From Promethearchaeota archaeon (lineage in GTDB: Archaea; Asgardarchaeota; Lokiarchaeia; Sigyniarchaeales; SOKP01), in NCBI GenBank assembly GCA_019058245.1, contig JAHPZJ010000013.1, positions 233,166 through 297,165 on the forward strand: a stretch of DNA of 64,000 bases, in the 5' to 3' direction. Positions 52,306 through 61,667 of the stretch are shown here, in pieces. Position 1 is the first letter of the stretch. Every line of letters begins with the position of its first letter. Made by a program: the position numbers and the translations under genes. The notes under the pieces are model-generated. The model searched no databases. It had not been told where the DNA came from and was given only the letters and a program-made list of their open reading frames with translations.

Positions 52306-53182
52306 GCAGTTGTCAAGGAAAATTAAACACTTGAGCAAGATAAAAAAGCCTACGATTGAATTTAATAATAGAAAGTACGTTTTTACTATATGGTCTATAC
52401 TCTTATTAGCCATTGGAGCGCCACTTTCTGCTTACTTAATTTACTTGTTTTTTGATTGGAAGGCTCAATTCTGGTTGCACGAGATTGTAGTAAAACAGAC
52501 AGTTTATTTCCTGAATATTTTCTTTAATATGGGTGCTAAAGCTGAATTCGCTCCAAGTGGGAAATATTTTTGGAGGTTTTCAATTCCAGGTAGGAGTCCA
52601 ATATACTTTGAAACATTTTGTACTGGAATTCAGGCGATATGCATTTTTGCCGGGATTATCATTTTTACTCCTCATAGTCAAGACCCAAAGACTAGAGAGG
52701 ATATTGTTTGGAGGAAAACAAAAGCTCTTATTGTTTCATCAGTAATTTTTTATGTTGTAAATATTATTAGAATGCTAATTCAAATTGATTTATATTATAT
52801 TGGATATGAGTGGAATGATATACATTTTTCGATAAGTGCCGCAAGCTCTTTTATTGCGGTTATAATAGTAATTTTAATGCATAGATGGATCCCTGAATTT
52901 ATTATCTCTATAATATATACTGGCACTCTAGTGAGTGAACCTGTAAAACAAAAGAGAAAGAAAAAAGTAATGGAAATGGTTGAAAGTTCAAATAAAGCGG
53001 AATTAAAACAGATGGGTAAAATTTTAAGAATGGAAAAAAAGACTTTTTTAAGAGATATTTCAAGTTGGGCAGATGATTTTGGTTACACCATTGAAGAAGA
53101 TTATTTAATTATTCCACCAGATAAGATATCTAAATTTATACAGATGTTAATGCAAGATAAACCATTTAAAGATGAAAGCTGA
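52283..53182 (+). CDS. Exosortase/archaeosortase family protein with C-terminal soluble domain
   Basis: Cys (ETFCTGI), Arg (NIIRM) and His (IHF) triad in a multi-TM protein; exact start uncertain. Confidence 0.78.
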   Translation: MNWIQKHKQLSRKIKHLSKIKKPTIEFNNRKYVFTIWSILLLAIGAPLSAYLIYLFFDWKAQFWLHEIVVKQTVYFLNIFFNMGAKAEFAPSGKYFWRFSIPGRSPIYFETFCTGIQAICIFAGIIIFTPHSQDPKTREDIVWRKTKALIVSSVIFYVVNIIRMLIQIDLYYIGYEWNDIHFSISAASSFIAVIIVILMHRWIPEFIISIIYTGTLVSEPVKQKRKKKVMEMVESSNKAELKQMGKILRMEKKTFLRDISSWADDFGYTIEEDYLIIPPDKISKFIQMLMQDKPFKDES

Positions 53183-53239
53183 TATATTTCAACTTCTTCT
53201 TTTAATATATTATAATAAAAAGAGAGATTTTATTGAATT

Positions 53240-54142
53240 ATGTTGAATTTTAAATCTGAACAAAAGATATTTAAAATAGGTAATGTTCTATTTGGAGGTC
53301 AACCAGGAGAAAATCCAATTGTAATGATAGCTACAGTTTTCTACACGAAACATGCTGCATTATTGGATGAAAAACTTGGAAAATTTGACAAAAATATTCT
53401 AGAAAAAGAATTAAGTGATTATACAGAAATCATTGAAGAAACAAAATTACAAGGAGTAATAGATGTAATTGGAGCATATCCAGAAGCATTAATAAAAGAA
53501 TGTGAATTTATAGCAGATAGCGTAGAATATCCCTTTTTAGTTGATGGATTAAATGATTCCTCAAGGATCCCCGCAATGGAAGGATTAAAGGAAATTGGAT
53601 TAATGGATCGAGCTATATTAAATAGTATTGATGAAAATACTAATGATGAAAATTTAGAGAAATTAAAGCAAATTGGGGTGAAAAACGCAGTATTATTAAC
53701 ATTTGGAAATAAATATATATTCCCCCAACAAAAATTAAAATTCTTACAAGAGATATTGATTCCAAAAGCTAAAAAAGCAAATATTGAAAATATAATAGTT
53801 GATACAGCGGTTTTAGATTTACCCTCAATTTCTATTAATTTCGAAACAGCGGGGTTAGTAAAGAAGGAATTAGGATTACCGACTGGATTTGCTCCTTCTA
53901 ATGCAATTTATGGATGGACTTTTATCAAAAAATTTGGGGAAGTTGCTCGATGTGGAGCAATTGCTTCAATTATGACATATTGTGCCACAGCTCCTAGTGA
54001 TTTTATTTTATTTGGCCCAATTAAATTTGCAAAATGTATTGTACCCGCAGTTGCTTTAATTTCTGGAGTTAATTCTTATTTTCGAAAAAGAGTAAAAAGA
54101 CAGAAAATATCTGAACGCACACCCCTAAAAACAATTTTTTAA
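53240..54142 (+). CDS. mtrH: MtrH-like pterin-binding methyltransferase
   Basis: EQKIFKIGNVLFGGQPGENP, RAILNSI, GLPTGFAPSNA, FILFGPI. Confidence 0.82.
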   Translation: MLNFKSEQKIFKIGNVLFGGQPGENPIVMIATVFYTKHAALLDEKLGKFDKNILEKELSDYTEIIEETKLQGVIDVIGAYPEALIKECEFIADSVEYPFLVDGLNDSSRIPAMEGLKEIGLMDRAILNSIDENTNDENLEKLKQIGVKNAVLLTFGNKYIFPQQKLKFLQEILIPKAKKANIENIIVDTAVLDLPSISINFETAGLVKKELGLPTGFAPSNAIYGWTFIKKFGEVARCGAIASIMTYCATAPSDFILFGPIKFAKCIVPAVALISGVNSYFRKRVKRQKISERTPLKTIF

Positions 54143-55638
54143 GCTATGTATCGTAAAAGCAAATCTTTTGTTTGAAATAAAAATTGTGCTAATTGTTTAT
54201 TAATTATTTTTTTTTTCTTTTCATTATCTACCAAAAACAAAATAAACATACTATTATCTTCAATTTGGATTCTTTTGAAAAGAATAATTGAATTCGCTAC
54301 TTTAAATATTGCTTCTTCTTTCTGTAAAGCTTTGAATTTTGAAAATATTTTAAATAGCATAGCAAATTGTGGCGCAGTTATTTCAAATACGTTCATAACT
54401 TCTGATTTTGGTATTGTAATAAATTCCATTATCTCTGAACTGTAAAAGTCCGCTAAAACTAATCCATCAATACTTAATAACAAAGATAAATAAGATGAAG
54501 TTGCTAAAGAAAAATTTTTAAGATTATGATTAATCAAATCTCTATTTGGACTTAATTTTGATATACCTGAGGAAAATGCTCTTAAAATTGTAAAAATTTG
54601 GAAAATACTTGTAATATATATTTCAAGCGGTTCATTAGAAGGTATTTCAGATAATTTTTTTTTGATATACTCTATATTATCTTTAATTTCTCCAGATTTT
54701 AGTATATCAGAATCTCCTTTAGATAAGATATAAACAATTGGAGTATTTTGATTGAATTTATTTAATACATTTTTTAAATTCTGAAGATAATCAATACTTT
54801 CTTCAAATCTATTGCGATTTTTGATATCAATAAAATAAAAAAGTAAATCTGCTTCATATAAATAAATTTCTGCTTTAGTTATATATTTCTTTCTAAACTT
54901 ATATTGCCCTCCTAAATCCCATAAAAAGATTGTTGCCCCTAAAGCTTCAATGGATTTGATACTGGCTCCAGATGTAGGTTTTAACCCAATTAGTTTACTG
55001 TATTTTCGATCGACTGATAATAAAAAACTTGTTTTTCCGCTATCATCCAATCCTGCAAATAAGATTTTCATTTTTCTATGGGTTGTAATAGGAGTTGAAG
55101 GACTTTGTTCAATTTTCACTAATTTTAATAAAAAACTGTGGAACATTGATGAAACATCTTCACGTGGAGGATAATATTTCTCTATCTTTTCATCAAAAGT
55201 TTTGAAAAATTCATAAACTATGGGCTTTATTCGATTTATATTATTGTAAAGAAAACTCCGACTATTTTCTTCTATTAATATAGAAAATGCCGTAGCTACA
55301 GGGCGTTCCGAGCCTAATCTAATAAAGTGGAAATATGTGAGGGCAGTAGATTTAAAATCAGGATATGGTAAAATTGCGAAATATTGTATTTTTTTAAGAT
55401 CTTTCTCTCGAGATATTATCTTATCACTAATAAACAGGCTTAAATTTTTAATTGAAATTTGAGTTATATCTCGCATAGACAATATTAGTTCATTTTCCTT
55501 TTTAGATGTCTCATTAATTTCCTTTAGTTCTTTCTCAGTATAGTAATCTGGAAAGCAATAAATAGGTGCTGGACCAAGTTCACCATAAACGCTTAAAACA
55601 AAACCCTTCACAATTGAAGCTTTGAATAATTCTTCCAT
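54139..55638 (-). CDS. Three-domain protein: uDENN/longin-like + Rag/Arf-like GTPase + roadblock-like domain
   Basis: VLSVYGELGPAPIYCFP; GLDDSGKTS, PT, WDLGGQ, SKGD, TSIF; C-terminal SLLLSIDGLVLADF. Confidence 0.8.
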   Translation of the reverse strand: MEELFKASIVKGFVLSVYGELGPAPIYCFPDYYTEKELKEINETSKKENELILSMRDITQISIKNLSLFISDKIISREKDLKKIQYFAILPYPDFKSTALTYFHFIRLGSERPVATAFSILIEENSRSFLYNNINRIKPIVYEFFKTFDEKIEKYYPPREDVSSMFHSFLLKLVKIEQSPSTPITTHRKMKILFAGLDDSGKTSFLLSVDRKYSKLIGLKPTSGASIKSIEALGATIFLWDLGGQYKFRKKYITKAEIYLYEADLLFYFIDIKNRNRFEESIDYLQNLKNVLNKFNQNTPIVYILSKGDSDILKSGEIKDNIEYIKKKLSEIPSNEPLEIYITSIFQIFTILRAFSSGISKLSPNRDLINHNLKNFSLATSSYLSLLLSIDGLVLADFYSSEIMEFITIPKSEVMNVFEITAPQFAMLFKIFSKFKALQKEEAIFKVANSIILFKRIQIEDNSMFILFLVDNEKKKKIINKQLAQFLFQTKDLLLRYIA

Positions 55639-55732
55639 TATATTAAATAACTATTTTTGAATTTTAAGATGTAAATTTCTTTATTTTATTTATGCAAATT
55701 TTATTATTAATAGGTTTATATTTAAATCATAA

Positions 55733-56695
55733 ATGTTTTTAAAAAAAATTGCTGATAGCATTAGGAATAATCAATTCATTATAGAAAAAAAAGAGATAAG
55801 TCCTATCGTACAATATATCAATAAAAATTCTTTTAAAAGTAGTAAAATCTTCAGGGATATGGGTGAAGACTCTGCAGCAATAAACGATAGTGAAAAATTA
55901 ATTTTACTTACGACTGATAGAATTAGAACTTCATTCATTGAGAAATTTCCATTTGGTGCGGGATTCAGCTCAGTTTTAGTTAGTGTAGATGATATTTATG
56001 CATGTGGTGGTACCCCATTAGCAGCAAGTATTATAATTTCAGTTAAAGATCCAAAAATCTGTAATAGATTATTAGAAGGCCTATGCGAAGGTTCAAAAAA
56101 ATTTCAAGTTCCAATCGTTAGAGGACATACTAATATGAACAGTAAATGTTATGAATTAAGTTCTACAATGGTTGGTGAAATAGACAAAAGAGATTATATT
56201 TCTGCCGGAAATGCTCAGAAGGATGATAAAATTATTCTAGCTGTTGATTTCGATGGAAAAGTTGGAAAAGCTAGTAAGTTTTATTATGATACAACAACAT
56301 TTAAAGATTCAGAGATTATCTTAAAGAAAAGAAGAAGCATGAATGTTATCGCAAAAAAACATCTTGTTAATGCATCAAAAGATGTTTCAAATGGAGGAAT
56401 ATTTGGGACTTTATTACAATTAATCAAATATTCTCAGGTTGGCGCAGATGTGAACATTAATCAAATTCAAATTCCACCAATATTAATTGAAAGTAAATAT
56501 GATTTAGATACCTATCTAAAAATGTATCTTACAACTTCATTTGTACTAACTGCTCCAGAAAGTAATTGTAAGGAAACAATTAAAGTATTTAATGAATATG
56601 GATTAGAAGCTCATATCATAGGACAAATTATAGGTGAAAAAAAGCTATTGAAAATAAATGATGGGGAAAATTCAATTAATGTAATTCGATTTTAA
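55733..56695 (+). CDS. AIR-synthase/PurM-superfamily protein (ThiL/methanogenesis marker 2-like)
   Basis: GEDSAAI, VDDIYACGGTP, VRGHT, KDVSNGG. Confidence 0.8.
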   Translation: MFLKKIADSIRNNQFIIEKKEISPIVQYINKNSFKSSKIFRDMGEDSAAINDSEKLILLTTDRIRTSFIEKFPFGAGFSSVLVSVDDIYACGGTPLAASIIISVKDPKICNRLLEGLCEGSKKFQVPIVRGHTNMNSKCYELSSTMVGEIDKRDYISAGNAQKDDKIILAVDFDGKVGKASKFYYDTTTFKDSEIILKKRRSMNVIAKKHLVNASKDVSNGGIFGTLLQLIKYSQVGADVNINQIQIPPILIESKYDLDTYLKMYLTTSFVLTAPESNCKETIKVFNEYGLEAHIIGQIIGEKKLLKINDGENSINVIRF

Positions 56696-56821
56696 TTTTT
56701 TTTATTAATTTTCCGCTCTTATTTAACAATTAATTCAGAAAAAATAGCAGATTTCTTGTATATATCGGAACATTTTTTAATTTCTTTATATTTCCGAATG
56801 ATTATTATTGTAATTCTTTGA

Positions 56822-57496
56822 TTATAAAAGATTACAGTGGCATTTGTGGCAAATGGAGCTTGTACTATCGTTTATTTCCCCACACACTTTACAGATAATT
56901 TTTTTTGATTTTTTTACAATAATTTCAGCTTCCTTTTCAGCTTTAAATTTAGCCATTTTTTCAGCTAATTCTCTCGCTTCTTTTTCTCTTGCTTCCTTTT
57001 CAGCTTGTTGTTTCGCAATTACCATCTCTCTTTCCTTAGTCTCCCTTTCAGCTTTCTCTTTAGCTTCTCTTTCAGCTTTTTCTCTAGCTTCTCTTTCAAC
57101 TTTTTCTCTAGCTTCTCTTTCAGCTTTCTCTTTTGCTTCTCTTTCAGCTTTCTCTTTAGCTTCTCTTTTAGCTTTCTCTTTAGCTTCTCTTTCAGCTTTC
57201 TCTTTAGCCTCTCTCTCTGCTTTTTCCTTAGCCTCTCTTTCAGCTTTTTTTATAGCTTCTTTTTCGGTTTTTTCTACTTCTTTTTTTTCTTTTCTTGCCT
57301 CTAACTTATATTTAGCTTTCTCCTTAGTCTCACTTGCTTTTTCTTTAATTTTTGAAGCAAATTTACTTAATCGTTCTTTACTCCCACCTATTTTGTCTTT
57401 GAACGTAGATTTAGAAGAACTTTCTGATTCTTGATTTTTATCTTCTGAATCAGCAGAAGTATCAGCAATTTCTTCTTCATTATTGGATTCATTCAT
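56822..57496 (-). CDS. Charged helical-repeat protein with C-terminal Zn ribbon
   Basis: About 9 AEREAKEK repeats; C-terminal CKVCG...CHKC. Confidence 0.82.
   Translation of the reverse strand: MNESNNEEEIADTSADSEDKNQESESSSKSTFKDKIGGSKERLSKFASKIKEKASETKEKAKYKLEARKEKKEVEKTEKEAIKKAEREAKEKAEREAKEKAEREAKEKAKREAKEKAEREAKEKAEREAREKVEREAREKAEREAKEKAERETKEREMVIAKQQAEKEAREKEARELAEKMAKFKAEKEAEIIVKKSKKIICKVCGEINDSTSSICHKCHCNLL
57029..57244. repeat. Degenerate 24-bp coding tandem repeat (~9 copies)
   Basis: Unit approximately ttcagctttctctttagcttctct, encoding AEREAKEK on the minus strand. Confidence 0.9.
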
Positions 57497-57637
57497 TTGA
57501 TTTTACCTAATTCAATTAGTTTTATTAGTTAAGATTAATATCAATTAGATTAATATTTTATTCTTTTCATAATAATTAGCTATTAATAAGTTAAATAGTA
57601 TAGTAATTATCAAAAAATAATACATAAGTAAAGTAAT

Positions 57638-58162
57638 ATGAATTTTAATTTTAAAAAGGATTTTAACGGTGTGATTTCTGTTATTGGAGCTAGTGAAATT
57701 GATAAAGAAACAGAAAAAAAAACATTTGAAATTGGGAAATTACTTGCTCAAAACAGATATATTGTTGCATGTGGTGGATTATCTGGGGTAATGAAAGCTG
57801 TTTGTAAAGGCGTAAAAAGTGAAAACGGTTTGACAATTGGAATAATTCCTTTTGTAGAGAAATCAGCAGCAAATAAATATGTTGATATTATCATTCCATG
57901 CCCATTTTCCCAAGCAAGAAATATAATTGTGGTTCTTAGTGGTGATGCATGCGTAGCCATTAGTGGTAAAGCAGGAACTTTATCAGAAATTTGTTTTGCA
58001 TGGATTTATCAAAAACCAATAGTAGCTTTATCCAGTGTTAGAGGATGGTCATCAAAAATAGCCAATCAAAAGTTAGATGATAGAAGACTTGATAAGATCT
58101 ATGGCGTTGAGACCCCTCAAGAAGTAATTTCTAAATTAAAGGAACTTCTAAAAACTCAATAA
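57638..58162 (+). CDS. LOG/lysine-decarboxylase-like Rossmann protein (TIGR00725-like)
   Basis: CGGLSGVM, ARN, GKAGTLSEI. Confidence 0.85.
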   Translation: MNFNFKKDFNGVISVIGASEIDKETEKKTFEIGKLLAQNRYIVACGGLSGVMKAVCKGVKSENGLTIGIIPFVEKSAANKYVDIIIPCPFSQARNIIVVLSGDACVAISGKAGTLSEICFAWIYQKPIVALSSVRGWSSKIANQKLDDRRLDKIYGVETPQEVISKLKELLKTQ

Positions 58163-58326
58163 AGATACATGTTTAGTTTTGAGAATATACAAAGTATATA
58201 TATCAAATTATATCTGAAAAATAGGAAAGAATAAAAAAAATAAAATAGGATGAAATTATTTTATAACTTACAAAAAAAATATATTTATAATTACATTACT
58301 CTTATAAATCTAGGTGAAATTTAACT

Positions 58327-59295
58327 GTGGAAAAAGATCTCAAACAATCAATATTATATTTAAAGAAAGAAGAACCTTCTAAACCAGAAGTCTCAAAATT
58401 AATGTTCACGGGGCTTGACGATGCAGGCAAAACAAGCATAATTTTGTCGCTTCAAAGAGAATTCTCAAAGATCGCAATACTTTCTCCGACAAGAGGTGCA
58501 CAAAGAAGAATTTTTAGTTTTTTGGGAAAAGAGATTGCGGAATGGGATCTTGGAGGGCAATTAGCTTATCGGATTGCCTATTTAAAAAATCCAGGTAAAT
58601 ATTTTGAGGGAACAGAGATTGCTATATATGTAATTGATATTCAAAACAAAGAAAGATTCTCAGAGGCTATTAGTTATTTTAAGGATGTAATAAAACAGTT
58701 TGAAGAATTAGAGATTGAGCCTCCAATATATGTTTTTCTTCATAAATTTGATCCCGCACTAAAAAGAAATGCCCAAAATGAGATGAACGCATTAATTATT
58801 GATTTAAAAGATAAATTAAAAGCAACTAAGTATAAAAAATTATTCTATTATGAAACTTCTATTTACAATTTTGGTTCAATAATTGCTGCTATGTCTGAAA
58901 TTCTTTTAGATTTATATCCAAAATCAGAATTAATAGAAAAGACAATTTTCGAATTTGCAAAAAAAGTTGAATCTGAGGGAGTTGTGATTATTGATGATAA
59001 TTCACTTATTATAGGATCATACTATAAAGATGACGAAATAAAACATCTCCTCACTGCAAGTGTTCCATATTTCCTTACTTTGCACGAATCATTCCAATTC
59101 ACAAATCCCATGGAAGAAAAATATGGAGATCGGATGTTAATTCAGCGTTTTGGCAAAAATTTCATATTTAAACAATTTCAATTAAAGAAAGAAACAACAC
59201 CATATTATTTACTACTTGTAAAGGAGGAACCTGTTTTTAATAAGGAAGACCTCGAATCTTTTGCAAACTTATTACAGGAAATTCTTTATAAATAA
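58327..59295 (+). CDS. Rag/Gtr-like small GTPase with C-terminal roadblock/longin-like domain
   Basis: GLDDAGKTS, PT, WDLGGQ, HKFD, ETSIY; C-terminal GVVIIDDNSLIIGS. Confidence 0.82.
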   Translation: MEKDLKQSILYLKKEEPSKPEVSKLMFTGLDDAGKTSIILSLQREFSKIAILSPTRGAQRRIFSFLGKEIAEWDLGGQLAYRIAYLKNPGKYFEGTEIAIYVIDIQNKERFSEAISYFKDVIKQFEELEIEPPIYVFLHKFDPALKRNAQNEMNALIIDLKDKLKATKYKKLFYYETSIYNFGSIIAAMSEILLDLYPKSELIEKTIFEFAKKVESEGVVIIDDNSLIIGSYYKDDEIKHLLTASVPYFLTLHESFQFTNPMEEKYGDRMLIQRFGKNFIFKQFQLKKETTPYYLLLVKEEPVFNKEDLESFANLLQEILYK

Positions 59296-59469
59296 TTATA
59301 TAATTTATTTCTAATTGAAAATATTATATATTTAGTTTAGCATTGCTAATATTAATAAAATCTAATTTTTATTTATTTTATTATATAAAAACAAAAAAGC
59401 AAATTTGTTTGATAAAAATCTAAATAAATAAAGAGAGAAATCAAAAAGACAAAGAGTGAGAAATATCTA

Positions 59470-60546
59470 TTGATCATATGCCAGAATTGTGGAACGACGA
59501 ATAATGAACTTACTACGCGTGTTTGCAGGAATTGTGGAGCAATATTGCCAGTTTTCTCTAAAAGTAGTAGAGGAAGAAATAAAAAGGACGTGGTAGTGGA
59601 GAAGAAAAAAAAAAAAAAGGTAACTAAAAAGGTTGAAAATAAACCCATCGAACCAGAAAAAAAAATAAAAGAAGATTTAATGTTAGAGGAAATTCCAAAA
59701 GAGATAGAGAGAGATGAAAAAATTGGTAAATTACAAGAGATTCCAGCTACATTAGAAGAAGAATTTGAAAATCCAATTCGTGAAGAGAATAAAACTTCAA
59801 TCTTGCAAGAAATTCCAGCTCAACCTTTTAAAGGATCTATATTTAACTCTAAAATAAGCATGGAAAAGCCCTCACCATTACCGCTTCCATCTTCTCGATC
59901 CGAGAACGTAATTACAGATGCTTTTGCAGAACTTAAAAATTCTATTCTGGAGGATCAGAAAAAAGAAAAGGAATCTCCCGCATCACCGATATCTTTAGAG
60001 AGTGGAAAAATTGAAGAATCTATTTTAAAGCAAAAACAATTAGAAAAAGATATGACTGAAGTTTTAGGGTTTCTTTCGAAAAAAATTTCAGTTAAAAAAT
60101 TGGAAATTCCAAAAGTTAATAAAAAGGAAAAAGAAGAACCAAAGGAAGAAATAGCTCCTTCTAGTATGAATGAAATTTTGAATAGGCTATTAACATTAGA
60201 TTTAAATATTGAGGCTTCAGCCATTATAAAATCAGATGGAACAATATTAGCCTCAGCAACATCTAGTAGAATTTCTGATTCTTTATTTGCAACAATAGGA
60301 ATGAATTTATCAATGATAGGGACAGATATTATAGAAGGATTAAGCGCTGGGATATTAAAATCTATCTCTCTTAAAGCGACTGAAGGTGTATTAGATCTTG
60401 CGCCTATAGATAAAACAAACCCAAGTGTCAAAGATATGTTTTTAATATTATTTTCTCATTCGAAAGTTAAAAGTGGAATAATTTCTTTTGCGGTTAATAT
60501 CGTTAAAAAACAATTAAAAGAGTATTTAGGTTTAAAAAAGGCATAG
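59470..60546 (+). CDS. Zn-ribbon + disordered linker + C-terminal roadblock/LC7 protein
   Basis: CQNCG...CRNCG; C-terminal IEASAIIKSDGTILAS...LSAGILKSISLKATEG. Confidence 0.8.
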   Translation: MIICQNCGTTNNELTTRVCRNCGAILPVFSKSSRGRNKKDVVVEKKKKKKVTKKVENKPIEPEKKIKEDLMLEEIPKEIERDEKIGKLQEIPATLEEEFENPIREENKTSILQEIPAQPFKGSIFNSKISMEKPSPLPLPSSRSENVITDAFAELKNSILEDQKKEKESPASPISLESGKIEESILKQKQLEKDMTEVLGFLSKKISVKKLEIPKVNKKEKEEPKEEIAPSSMNEILNRLLTLDLNIEASAIIKSDGTILASATSSRISDSLFATIGMNLSMIGTDIIEGLSAGILKSISLKATEGVLDLAPIDKTNPSVKDMFLILFSHSKVKSGIISFAVNIVKKQLKEYLGLKKA

Positions 60547-60579
60547 GCCTCAAGTATAATAAATTTAACCGAGATTAAC

Positions 60580-61374
60580 TCAAAATAATCTTTTCTGTAT
60601 ATTAATTTTATTAATTTGAATAGTTTTGAAATAAGATAAATTATTTTGTAATTCTTGCAAAAATGAGTTAATTTCATAAATTGAAACAAGAGGAATTTGA
60701 TTTTCATTAATTCTAAACCTATTGTCTTCAAGAGTTACTATTAATGGAATTAAAATAAAAGGTAATCGTTTTTTTAGGTTTATTCTATTCCCTAATAATT
60801 CTTGAATCAACCGTGAGAAGATATCAGGATTTTTTCTTAATGCGATGGCTCGTTGAAGTTGTAAATTTGCTGCTTTATTAATAGAACCAAACGAATCTCT
60901 ACGTTTCCATTGTTTTGCATCAATTAATAGAATATTATTTGAATAAATTCCAATTACATCGATTTCATAACGTTTTTGTGATGTTTCAGCTTTAAAATTT
61001 GATCTATCTGAAAACCTAAAATTCTTTTTGGTGATATAATTATTTCTTGATAAAATTTCTAAAACTAAGATTTCAAATCCATTATAATTTAAGATATCAG
61101 AATAATGTTTTATATCAACCTCTAAAGTGTTGATACTATTTAAGATGAATAATATTTTATTAATTACAATATAATCTTGGTAATTTCCTCTTTGAATATA
61201 AATAAAATCAAAATTCTTTAAGAATTCTCTTAGCTCAGAAGATTTAAATTGATTAAGGAATGATATTTCTGATATTTCCCACCATGTTTCAATAACATTT
61301 GTATCAGTTTCCAGCAAAATTTGAAATATCTCCCTATAAAATTGCCTTAATGATAAAAGAGAAGAAGTTTTCAT
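60580..61374 (-). CDS. PD-(D/E)xK (Mrr/NERD-like) nuclease-fold protein
   Basis: FEILV, EIDVIG, LIDAKQW; start placed at MKTSS. Confidence 0.7.
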   Translation of the reverse strand: MKTSSLLSLRQFYREIFQILLETDTNVIETWWEISEISFLNQFKSSELREFLKNFDFIYIQRGNYQDYIVINKILFILNSINTLEVDIKHYSDILNYNGFEILVLEILSRNNYITKKNFRFSDRSNFKAETSQKRYEIDVIGIYSNNILLIDAKQWKRRDSFGSINKAANLQLQRAIALRKNPDIFSRLIQELLGNRINLKKRLPFILIPLIVTLEDNRFRINENQIPLVSIYEINSFLQELQNNLSYFKTIQINKINIQKRLF

Positions 61375-61667
61375 TAATTTAAAAATATTATTTTTACAAA
61401 ATAAATGCAAGAGAGTGTAATATTTCTGAAATTACCAGCAAATCTTTTTTCATCTAATCTTTTTCTCATGTACGTATGAAAACTCCCTTATAATAATCGG
61501 TAAAATTGCATTTTTTTTTATTTTTTAGATATTTCTCCGATTTTTTATTTCTTAGATAATCGTAGTTAACTTTTAATGAATGAATAATAATGTTATTTAT
61601 AGCCTTTCTGATGTTATTAATAAAGGTAATATTGAATATAATAAAAATAATTTAACAGGATATAAAT

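Noticed and set aside
57029-57244. 24-bp repeats (and the 45-bp repeats at 5877) as a CRISPR array
   Set aside because: Units are contiguous with no unique spacers, are multiples of 3 and lie inside coding frames; no cas genes nearby.
59605-59618. 14-A homopolymer as a programmed frameshift or phase-variation site
   Set aside because: The ORF stays in frame, encoding a Lys run; long A tracts are common in this AT-rich sequence.
1085-60731. Numerous short or antisense ORFs in the track (e.g. 1085..1306, 4430..4666, 8135..8470, 51182..51574, 56844..57434, 57005..57304, 59955..60431)
   Set aside because: They overlap well-supported genes, mostly antisense or off-frame, and have shadow-ORF composition (Ser/Phe/Leu-rich mirror of Glu/Lys-rich genes).
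60580-61374. PD-(D/E)xK protein as part of a restriction or defence island
   Set aside because: No methyltransferase or other defence genes are adjacent; it is a stand-alone gene in a housekeeping context.
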